16,226 bases of DNA from the NCBI RefSeq assembly GCF_900167395.1, contig NZ_FUWK01000049.1, positions 1 to 16,226 on the forward strand, written 5' to 3'. A program made the translations under genes and the position numbers. This document shows positions 8,960 to 15,893 of the stretch, one piece after another (within the stretch, counting starts at the first letter, position 1; the number at the start of each line of letters is the position of its first letter). The notes beneath the pieces were generated by a model. That model saw only the letters and a program-made list of their open reading frames with translations. It was not told the DNA's origin and did not search any database. This DNA comes from Nitrosomonas europaea. Its GTDB lineage: Bacteria; Pseudomonadota; Gammaproteobacteria; Burkholderiales; Nitrosomonadaceae.

Positions 8960-9012
8960 ATGGATCGCCGGTACACAAGAGATATTTGATGCGTAAAGCG
9001 AAAATTCGGGAA

Positions 9013-9879
9013 TCAATGGAGAAACGTCGATTTTACCCGTTTCGACATCAGCATGTACGGAGCCCAAATCAAGATGGCCCCGATGGGCCGTGATAATTCT
9101 CGCAAGGTATTCGCGTCAAATATTGGTGCATCGGGAAGAATATGGTGAACAACTATGGCGTCGATCACGATGAGACACACAGTGGCGATGTGGATCGCGA
9201 TAAACCAGAAAGGAAAGGCTCTCCGTTTCGAAAAAAACAGAAATGCTATGTAAATCCAGGCCAGGATCAGGGCGCTATTCAATATTATCTCTCCAATCGC
9301 AAGCGGTGCCCAAAGCGCATGATAAGCCATACTATCGGGTGATGTGAGCACATCCCATACACCACTGGCAAACATCTCAGCGTAACTTTTATAGGTTCTG
9401 GCGGCGATCACAAATGGCGACAGAACGACATTCGAACCTACAAGAATCAGCCATCCGCCCAGACCTTCCAGATTCTTCCCTCCCGCTGCGCCAGGAATAT
9501 CCGGATGAGGCATCAGCCTGGAGTCGGTTCGCCGTATGTGTATCAGCGCAAAAATATTGAGTGTGAGCGGAACGAGCAGTACCAGCAGCACTGCCAGCAA
9601 ATTCTTCATCGTCGAGGGATCATCCATCAGGATGATCACGATCGATACTACAGTTAGCGCGAAGAACAATCCGTTCAGTGTTGCTGCAACGAGATACCAG
9701 CCGCGACATACCCGAACCACCGATATGCAGTAGGCAACCAGGGGCAGGGTACTTATGCCCGCGCCCATGATTCCGTGGCGAACATTGTCTCCCTCGATTT
9801 CGCTGAACAAGGCAATCAAAGCCATGACTGCAACCAGCAGAATAAGAATCACGGACAATATGAATGCGGTTTTCTTCAT
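9013..9879 (-). CDS. Integral membrane protein with a C-terminal DUF2569-type domain, preceded by an extra N-terminal ~4-TM segment
   Basis: This is a 288-aa ORF. The C-terminal half reads LEGLGGWLILVGSNVVLSPF...W..LTSPDSMAYHALWAPLAIGEIILN...FLFFSKRRAFPFWFI...AILIWAPYMLMSKRVKSTFLH. This matches my memory of the DUF2569 signature (GxGGWL, YHPLW, FF.KKR.FP, IW.PY...S.RVK.TF). The N-terminal ~130 aa are four further hydrophobic helices. No clear SD precedes the ATG. Confidence 0.65.
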   Translation of the reverse strand: MKKTAFILSVILILLVAVMALIALFSEIEGDNVRHGIMGAGISTLPLVAYCISVVRVCRGWYLVAATLNGLFFALTVVSIVIILMDDPSTMKNLLAVLLVLLVPLTLNIFALIHIRRTDSRLMPHPDIPGAAGGKNLEGLGGWLILVGSNVVLSPFVIAARTYKSYAEMFASGVWDVLTSPDSMAYHALWAPLAIGEIILNSALILAWIYIAFLFFSKRRAFPFWFIAIHIATVCLIVIDAIVVHHILPDAPIFDANTLRELSRPIGAILIWAPYMLMSKRVKSTFLH

Positions 9880-10266
9880 AAAATGGTTTTCGTAAAAGTA
9901 TGTCGTAGAAATCTCAAGGCTTCCCCGCTCTAATCATACGGATGAGTGTGGATAGGTCTGGCAGTGTGGACAAATCAACGTCATGTTCACCGGTTCGGTG
10001 CTGATATAGTGTTCTTGATTCGCAGTACCGGGTGCTGCGGCAGATTCAGGGTGTTCGCGGGCATCGGCAATTTTACTTTAGCCCGGTATTACCAGGTGAT
10101 CAGAATCGTATAGATATGTAGTTCCATGAAATGCCGGATTCTGGTGGTGCAGTCGGTTTTGGTGTCAGAAAAATCTGAAATCCTGTTTGTTCAGCGCTTC
10201 TTTAACTGGTACTGTAAGTTATGTTTTTGGAGGTTCGGTTAAATAACCAATCGATGGGAGGTTCCT

Positions 10267-11391
10267 ATGAAATTGAAATCATTCCTGAATTATTTCAGCA
10301 GTCGTGAAAAAGGTCTGGCTGTCAGCATTCTGCTGCCCACACACCGGACTTTTCCGGACAACAAACAGGATGCCATTATGCTGAAAAATCTTGTCACGGA
10401 AGCCCGTAACCGGCTGCAGAGCTGGCCGGACACGCAGGAAGCCGAGACGATCATGGAGGCCATCGATAAAAAAATCAGTACGCATGATCACAACTACAAT
10501 CTTGACGGTCTGGGTATTTTTGCCAACCGGGAGGGGGTCACTCTCATCAACTTTCCGTTTACCGTGAAGGAGCAAATGATTGTCGATGAGGCTTTTGCCA
10601 TCCGTGATCTCATTCGGGAAATAAATGGTGCCGTGCATTACCGTGTGCTGGTGATTTCGCGTACCGATGCCCGGCTGATTGAAGGGTTCAACAGCCATCT
10701 GGTTCATGAATTCGATGCGAGAACGGAATTGCGAACAGGCAGTTTTCCGATGGAAAATCCGTTTTTGTTTGCCGCAAAAGGGCTGGATCGTGCGCAGATT
10801 CCCAACGAAGCAGCCAATCTCAAGGAATTTTTCAATCGTGTGGATAAAAGTCTGCAGGAAATCCAGAACAAACCCGAGCAGGAACGTTTGCCGGTAATCA
10901 TTGCCGGAGATGCGCGTAACGCAGCTTTTTTCAGGGAGGTATGCGATCAGCCGGCCGATATTATCGGCGAGGTGACTTCCATTCCGGATCTGAGAATCCC
11001 GGCCGAAAAGATCATTGTCGAAGTACAGGGACTGGTCTCGGATCATCGCCGGCAGAAAGCAGAGACAGCACTGCAGTACATTGCGCAGGCGCGTAACAAT
11101 CATCAACTGCTGACAGATTCCTCCATGATTTTCCGTGCGATCGATGCAGGTAATGCTGCACGTTTATTCGTACGTCAGGGGTATATTCAGCCGGGTATCA
11201 TCGATTTTGATCAGAAAATCGTTACGCTGCAGGAGGATTCCGCAACGGTAGATGCGGCAGGTGGTACGGTTACGGATGATGTCGTAGGCACATTGATTGA
11301 ACTGGTCATCCGGCAGAGAGGAGAGGTTCATTTCCTGTCGACTGATCAGTTGGGAAAGGAGGCTCCACTCAGTCTGCAGACGAGATACTAA
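10267..11391 (+). CDS. Bacterial archaeo-eukaryotic release-factor-like (baeRF-family) protein; possible Balon-type ribosome-associated or hibernation factor
   Basis: This is a 374-aa ORF with a strong SD (GGGAGG, 5 nt before the ATG). The N-terminal block AVSILLPTHRTFPDNKQDAIMLKNLVTEARNRL, the central F.IRDLI......YRVLVISRTDARLIEG block and the C-terminal G.EV.FL.......APLSLQTRY block match the pattern I associate with baeRF families (..S.YLPTHR.GPE..QD.IRLKNL.., ..Y.VLALSQN.VRL..G..). The protein has no GGQ and no NIKS motif, and its only GG is in AAGGTV. The functional call is an inference from memory of the family, not a search result. Confidence 0.55.
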   Translation: MKLKSFLNYFSSREKGLAVSILLPTHRTFPDNKQDAIMLKNLVTEARNRLQSWPDTQEAETIMEAIDKKISTHDHNYNLDGLGIFANREGVTLINFPFTVKEQMIVDEAFAIRDLIREINGAVHYRVLVISRTDARLIEGFNSHLVHEFDARTELRTGSFPMENPFLFAAKGLDRAQIPNEAANLKEFFNRVDKSLQEIQNKPEQERLPVIIAGDARNAAFFREVCDQPADIIGEVTSIPDLRIPAEKIIVEVQGLVSDHRRQKAETALQYIAQARNNHQLLTDSSMIFRAIDAGNAARLFVRQGYIQPGIIDFDQKIVTLQEDSATVDAAGGTVTDDVVGTLIELVIRQRGEVHFLSTDQLGKEAPLSLQTRY

Positions 11392-11401
11392 GAAACCTCC
11401 G

Positions 11402-12769
11402 GTGATTCTGACGAAAAATCCGGCATCCGGGAAATTATTGCAGACATACACACCCTATTCCGAAGCTATGGTGTTCAGTATGCTGGAGCATGCTCATGCT
11501 GCCCATCTCGCGTGGCGACAAGTGCCTTTACACGAGCGGACGGCGCTTTTGCTGAAGCTGGCAGATGTTTTACGGGAAAATTCCGAATCGTACGCCCGGC
11601 TGATGACGGAAGAAACGGGGAAAACCATCCGTGCTGCCCGTGCTGAAATAGAGAAGTGCGCCTGGGCGTGTGAGATTTACGCGGATAAGGCTGCCGCATG
11701 GCTGGCTGAAGAAGAGATTGCGGCGGATGGCATAAAGCATCGTGTCGTTATTGAACCGCTGGGAGTCATTCTGGCGGTGATGCCATGGAATTTTCCTTTC
11801 TGGCAAGTGATGCGTTTCCTGATCCCGGCGCTGCTGGCCGGGAATGGGGCCTTGCTGAAACATGCAACCAACGTAACCGGCTCCGCGCTGAAAATTCAGG
11901 AAGCCGTCAATGAAGCAGGATTCCCGAAAGGGCTATTTGTAACCCTGCTTGTTTCTCACACAGTAGTTGAACAAGTCATCGCTCACCCGCTTTGTCAGGG
12001 CGTTTCTTTGACAGGCAGCGCAGAAGCAGGCCGGGCAGTCGCTTCTGTTGCCGGCAGACATCTGAAAAAAGTAGTACTGGAGCTGGGTGGTTCCGATCCA
12101 TTCATCGTATTGGGGGATGCAGATATTCCGGCCGCAGCAAAAGCCGCAGTAATCGGACGGTTTCAGAACAATGGCCAAAGCTGTATTGCTGCAAAGCGCC
12201 TGATCGTTTTGAAAGAAATCGAAGAGGTATTCACCAGTACGTTGCTGGCCGAGGTTGAAAAGCTGGTGGTGGGTGATCCGCTCGATGAGGCAACTGATAT
12301 CGGCCCGCTCGTCAGTGAACAGGCTGCCGAGACCATGGAACAGTTCGTACTGGATGCGGTTGCCAAGGGAGCCATGGTGAGAACGGGTGGAACACGGAAA
12401 GGTGCGTATTTCACACCGACGGTTCTGACTGGTGTTCATTCAGCAATGGAAGTCATGACGCAGGAAGTATTCGGTCCGGTCCTGCCGGTCATTACGGCGG
12501 ATACCGTGGAGGAAGCGATTACGCTTGCCAACGCCACCCGGTTCGGATTGGGTGCAAGTGTGTGGAGCCGGGATCTGGAAAAAGGTGAGCAGGTTGCGCG
12601 CCAACTGGCGGCCGGCGCCACATTTGTCAACAGCATTACAAAATCGGATCCGCGTATGCCTTTTGGTGGCATCAGAGAAAGCGGTCTTGGCCGGGAACTT
12701 TCTTACTGGGGGGTGCGAGAGTTCGCCAATATCAAGACTGTCAATGTCTATGGTGGGGAAGAGGTTTAG
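11402..12769 (+). CDS. NAD(P)+-dependent succinate-semialdehyde dehydrogenase, YneI/Sad-like aldehyde dehydrogenase
   Basis: It is near-collinear with E. coli YneI as I recall it: PLGVILAVMPWNFPFWQVMRFLIPALLAGNGALLKHATNV, the catalytic Glu in VLELGGSDPFIV, the catalytic Cys in FQNNGQSCIAAKR, EVFGPV, and FGG.RESG.GRELS. I chose the start GTG at 11402 (V-I-L-T-K-N-P-A-S-G), giving 455 aa, a normal family length, 10 nt after the upstream stop. The track's ATG at 11297 would add 35 unrelated residues and overlap the upstream gene by 95 nt. Confidence 0.9.
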   Translation: MILTKNPASGKLLQTYTPYSEAMVFSMLEHAHAAHLAWRQVPLHERTALLLKLADVLRENSESYARLMTEETGKTIRAARAEIEKCAWACEIYADKAAAWLAEEEIAADGIKHRVVIEPLGVILAVMPWNFPFWQVMRFLIPALLAGNGALLKHATNVTGSALKIQEAVNEAGFPKGLFVTLLVSHTVVEQVIAHPLCQGVSLTGSAEAGRAVASVAGRHLKKVVLELGGSDPFIVLGDADIPAAAKAAVIGRFQNNGQSCIAAKRLIVLKEIEEVFTSTLLAEVEKLVVGDPLDEATDIGPLVSEQAAETMEQFVLDAVAKGAMVRTGGTRKGAYFTPTVLTGVHSAMEVMTQEVFGPVLPVITADTVEEAITLANATRFGLGASVWSRDLEKGEQVARQLAAGATFVNSITKSDPRMPFGGIRESGLGRELSYWGVREFANIKTVNVYGGEEV

Positions 12770-12870
12770 GCAGCGTGTTCAGCAGTGTATTGCATACCCT
12801 ATCTCAAAAAATACGCACCAAAGCAAAGTGTTCTTTTTCCTGTTAGTGTGAATACATAACAAATTGACAA

Positions 12871-13374
12871 TTACCACCATCGGGCGGCGAATTGCTGCAA
12901 GCGCTGCCCCTCGGCGCGAGCCTCAGCCAGCAACTGATTCCAGTCATCCGGCGGAAGGCCATTTTCCAGCATCTTGCGGAACATTCGATAGGCGTCGTCA
13001 CTGCTTTCGTAAGCGCGCCTGGTGTCCTCATCGTTGACCCACGCGAATACGATTACCTTGCTAAGTGTGTGGTAGCGAAAGAACAGACGATACTGCTGAA
13101 AGAATTTCGCCCGGAACCAGTGCTTGTAATCGTCGCCAAGGGTGCCCCCTTGGCGATACTCTGGCCGGGCTGGATCTTGCAGGATGATGTCAAAGGCCAG
13201 TTTTGTGATGGCTGCCAGTCGTTTGCTGGCGTTTTTCTTTACAAACCCGACAGGGTCCTTTTGTTTGTGGGCTTCGACCTGTTGTATCAATACCTCAATC
13301 TGTGCGAGGAACAGTGGATGGGCAAAGATCGTCCAGCCATGAACCACTAAGGGCATAGGCTTGCCCGGATTCAT
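12871..13374 (-). CDS. yhaV: Type II toxin-antitoxin system toxin, YhaV family (ribonuclease)
   Basis: This is a 167-aa ORF. HGWTIFAHPLF...KDP..F..K.A.KLLA.I...I...I..DP..P.YR.G..LG.....WFR.KF...YRLFFRY......I...WVNDE.T.R.Y....DAY..F.KML..G.PP.DW parallels E. coli YhaV throughout. Its ATG overlaps the stop of the upstream antitoxin gene (ATGA, 13371-13374). Confidence 0.85.
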   Translation of the reverse strand: MNPGKPMPLVVHGWTIFAHPLFLAQIEVLIQQVEAHKQKDPVGFVKKNASKRLAAITKLAFDIILQDPARPEYRQGGTLGDDYKHWFRAKFFQQYRLFFRYHTLSKVIVFAWVNDEDTRRAYESSDDAYRMFRKMLENGLPPDDWNQLLAEARAEGQRLQQFAARWW

Positions 13375-13700
13375 GCATCATCCACCGACAGAGCAGCATT
13401 GAGATCGACTTGAATGCCACCGACCAGAGATTGCAGATGCTGGACGAGGCTGGCATCTACAGCCTGCAGGCGCTCAGGGTGGCTTGCAATGTCCAGGGCC
13501 AGGAAGGTCAGGAACTGTCCGATCACCGGATCATCACCTTCAGGGGGTTCAGCACGGGTCAGTACTACTTCGCCGCCGGGGCGGATGGTGTAGTGAATCT
13601 TGTCGCGCTTACCAAGTTGAAGGGCGCGACGTACGGATTCAGGCACTGTGGTCTGGTAACGGTCGGTCAACGTGGATTCGATTTCAAGGGTGGTTGGCAT
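13371..13700 (-). CDS. prlF: Type II antitoxin PrlF (SohA) family, AbrB/SpoVT-type DNA-binding fold
   Basis: This is a 109-aa ORF. ESTLTDRYQTTVPESVRRALQL...IHYTIRPGGEVVL......DDPVIGQFLTFLALDIASHPERL parallels E. coli PrlF (ESKVTIRGQTTIPAPVREALKL..IHYEILPGGQVFM...AFLRFLDADIQNNPQK). An AGGAGA SD is present, and the gene sits directly upstream of, and overlaps, yhaV. Confidence 0.85.
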   Translation of the reverse strand: MPTTLEIESTLTDRYQTTVPESVRRALQLGKRDKIHYTIRPGGEVVLTRAEPPEGDDPVIGQFLTFLALDIASHPERLQAVDASLVQHLQSLVGGIQVDLNAALSVDDA

Positions 13701-13761
13701 AATGTTCTCCTGCTAAAGGAATGGATGTTCTTGTATGGTAATGCAACTTCCTTGTCTATTC

Positions 13762-13775
13762 AATGCAAATGCATT
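13762..13775. promoter_or_regulatory. Perfect 6-2-6 palindrome AATGCA-AA-TGCATT upstream of prlF; candidate PrlF/YhaV autoregulatory operator
   Basis: The palindrome is seen directly at 13762-13775, 62-75 nt upstream of the prlF ATG. On the minus strand it lies immediately upstream of a plausible promoter (TAGACA-17 nt-TACAAG). Type II antitoxins of the AbrB fold usually repress their own promoters through such dyads. The assignment is an inference. Confidence 0.3.
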
Positions 13776-13948
13776 AACTTCGACTGTTACCATTCTGCTT
13801 ACGCCAACCAGGAACTTCTCAAACCATGACTCACGCGTTGCCTGTCCGGCCAGTCCCGTATATAGGCATCACCAGTCACAGGCTGCGGCGGTTAATCAGG
13901 GAATGCCGTCGCCAGCCAAAATTTTATATCGAGGCGTGTGATAACAAG

Positions 13949-15190
13949 TCATCGTGCGGGTGTTACGCGTATCAGGGTGCCATCCTCGGCATCAGTCAGA
14001 ATCATGATCGCGCCATCTTTGGCGATATCGACATCACGGATGCGGCCTTGTCCCTGCAGATATCGAGCCTCGCCTGTCACGCGCCCATCGACAAGAGTCA
14101 GCCGTACCAGCGCCTGACTGGCAAGGCCTCCTATCAGAAGATCACCCTGCCATTCGGTAAACAGCTCGCCCTGATAAAAGGCCATACCGCTGGGCGCGAT
14201 CACCGGATCCCAGTAGTAGACAGGCTGCTCCATGCCATCCTGAGCTGTCAGGCCTTTCCCGATTGCCCGACCGTTGTAGTCAAGACCATAGGTAATGATC
14301 GGCCAGCCGTAGTTCAATCCAGCCCGCGGCTGGTTCAATTCATCCCCGCCTCGCGGTCCGTGTTCAACCGTCCAGAGATTACCGTCCGGGTCCAGCGCTG
14401 CCGATTGCAGATTGCGATGTCCGTATGACCAGATTTCGGGCTGACCTCCCTTGATTTGTGGATTGCCTTTGGCAGGTCCACCCTCCGGATTGATTCGCAG
14501 CACCTTGCCGATATGGGTACCGACATCCTGCGCCAGAATGCGTGGTTGTGGCAGAGAACGATCGCCAGTTGTCACGAACAGCATACCGTCATGGTCGAAA
14601 ACCAACCGCGAGCCGAAATGAGCCGTAGAGTTCCAGGCAGGATTTTGTCGAAAGATCACGCGGACATCCGTGAGCTTGCTGCCATCTTTGGATAGAATGC
14701 CCGTTGCTACCGCAGTTGCGTTGTGTCCTTTTCCACGAGGTTCGGCATAGCTCCACCAGATCTGGCGCGTTTGCGCAAAATCATCACGGACCACAACATC
14801 GAGTAACCCGCCCTGACCGCGGGCATCAACGTTTGGCAGGCCGGCAATCGGATCAGATACTTTTCCGTCCGCAGAGATCAGGCGCATCCGTCCCGGACGC
14901 TCAGTTACAAGCCAACTGCCATCCGGGAGCTGATCCATACCCCAGGGGTGGACCAGGCCATCAGCAATAACCTGTACATTCAGCCGTACATTTTTTTCTA
15001 TGATCGGTGCTCGAGTCTGGCCCTCGAAAGCCGGTTGCTGATACGGTGCATTCGGTGGAGGAGTATTAAAGTCTTGCGCCTGTGTAAACCCGACCCCATA
15101 AAACAGAAGCATAATGGCCGCAACGATACACACTGAAGAAACCGGCGTGGAATTATGGTTCTTCTTCATTGATAGTGATTGTTCCTTCAT
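13949..15190 (-). CDS. yliI: PQQ-dependent soluble aldose sugar dehydrogenase (YliI/Asd-like, six-bladed beta-propeller), secreted
   Basis: This is a 413-aa ORF with a strong SD (GGGAGGAG) and an N-terminal signal-like segment (VCIVAAIMLLFYGVGFTQAQD). It is collinear with E. coli YliI: L.HPW...LPDG..L.TER.G..R, GQGGLLDVV...DFA..R.IW.SY, HFGSRLVFD, EIWSYGHRN.Q..A..P.....W..EHGPRGGDE.N....G.NYGWP, RIRDV..DG....LTD...G.L..V. Confidence 0.9.
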   Translation of the reverse strand: MKEQSLSMKKNHNSTPVSSVCIVAAIMLLFYGVGFTQAQDFNTPPPNAPYQQPAFEGQTRAPIIEKNVRLNVQVIADGLVHPWGMDQLPDGSWLVTERPGRMRLISADGKVSDPIAGLPNVDARGQGGLLDVVVRDDFAQTRQIWWSYAEPRGKGHNATAVATGILSKDGSKLTDVRVIFRQNPAWNSTAHFGSRLVFDHDGMLFVTTGDRSLPQPRILAQDVGTHIGKVLRINPEGGPAKGNPQIKGGQPEIWSYGHRNLQSAALDPDGNLWTVEHGPRGGDELNQPRAGLNYGWPIITYGLDYNGRAIGKGLTAQDGMEQPVYYWDPVIAPSGMAFYQGELFTEWQGDLLIGGLASQALVRLTLVDGRVTGEARYLQGQGRIRDVDIAKDGAIMILTDAEDGTLIRVTPAR

Positions 15191-15663
15191 TTACTCCTCC
15201 CGCATGTGAGTTCAATTATGGTCTGTCTGACGTAAACGGAACGTGTTTGTGAACTCGAAGATGAGCGCCTTGGAAACCGGTCATCAAAAATTTCATATCT
15301 CGTGAAAAATGATTGGGTGATTATCACATAAAGGTCTTCACCCACCAGCAGACACACCGATAAACTTACGCCTTGGTGTTTGGCTATTTCGGTGATCGTG
15401 CCTTTGAAAAAGCCGGGACAGGTCATTGGTCTGCTCGGCAGGGAGTTGTATTTCCTTTCCTGCAGCCCTGATGTATTTATAAAATACGTTATCATGGGTA
15501 GACAGCAAGAAACGGGTGAAGCAAGAATGCGGGTCGTTTGGGTTCATACCAGATCAAGAAAACGCAAATCGAAATTTGTCTTTAAGCCTCATCGATCTGA
15601 TTAGACTGGAGACGATATGCTTATTTCAGCAGCTCCTTCACATTTGATCTTCACTCTTCTATT

Positions 15664-15893
15664 GTGATATTTCTGATGGACGCTCCAGCCAAACCTTCTG
15701 CCCTTGCAAAGTTGAGCCAGCCAAAGCTATTCAATGTAGTCGACCGTCCCCGCTTGTTTACGCTGTTGGATGGAGAACGGGCCAACCATCCAGTCATATG
15801 GATTGCCGGGCCACCCGGCGCTGGAAAAACAACACTCGTTGCGAGTTATCTCAAGGCACGTGAGCTGATGGCGATGTGGTATCAGGTCGATAG
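15664..15893 (+). pseudogene. N-terminal stub of a MalT/LAL-type (large ATP-binding LuxR-family, STAND-like) transcriptional regulator, truncated by IS insertion
   Basis: The sequence reads ...LAKLSQPKLFNVVDRPRLFTLLDGERANHPVIWIAGPPGAGKTTLVASYLKARELMAMWYQVDSES and then loses family similarity. The KLS.P....V.R.RLF..LD...P..W..GP.G.GKT.L...YL......WYQVD block with its Walker A is the canonical start of roughly 900-aa LAL regulators. Only about 75 codons remain before the IS3-type end at 15894. The start could be GTG 15664 or ATG 15676. Confidence 0.7.

Noticed and set aside
8986-8999. Possible FNR/NnrR box (TTGAT gcgt AAAGC) upstream of norC
   Set aside because: Only the first half-site matches TTGAT-N4-ATCAA. 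The second half matches at 1 of 5 positions. It also lies right at the stop of the upstream gene.
10207-10222. Sigma54-like TGGTAC-N5-GTTAT upstream of the baeRF-like gene
   Set aside because: The -12 element lacks the conserved GC (TTGCA/T), and the -24 element has T in place of the C in GGCAC. This is probably chance.
10126-10242. A 38-codon small ORF (MKCRILVVQSVLVSEKSEILFVQRFFNWYCKLCFWRFG) in the 9880-10266 intergenic region
   Set aside because: It has no Shine-Dalgarno and no recognisable family, and its composition is unremarkable. It is likely fortuitous, though it could be revisited if the leader proves to be transcribed.
11297-11401. Upstream ATG start for the aldehyde dehydrogenase (490-aa version)
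   Set aside because: The added 35 residues (MNWSSGREERFISCRLISWERRLHSVCRRDTKKPP) are unrelated to ALDH N-termini and overlap the upstream gene by 95 nt. Family similarity begins at V-I-L-T-K-N-P (GTG 11402).
13881-13917. Imperfect 11-bp-stem hairpin (ggctgcggcgg...ccgtcgccagcc) downstream of the PQQ dehydrogenase stop
   Set aside because: The stem has a bulge and a G-U pair, and no U-tract follows it on the minus (transcribed) strand. I cannot call it an intrinsic terminator.
10279-14428. Antisense or alternate-frame ORFs 10279-11106, 11933-12439, 12892-13350, 13410-13829 and 13826-14428
   Set aside because: They are shadows of the baeRF-like, ALDH, yhaV, prlF and PQQ-dehydrogenase genes respectively. 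They show no family similarity and have no ribosome-binding sites.
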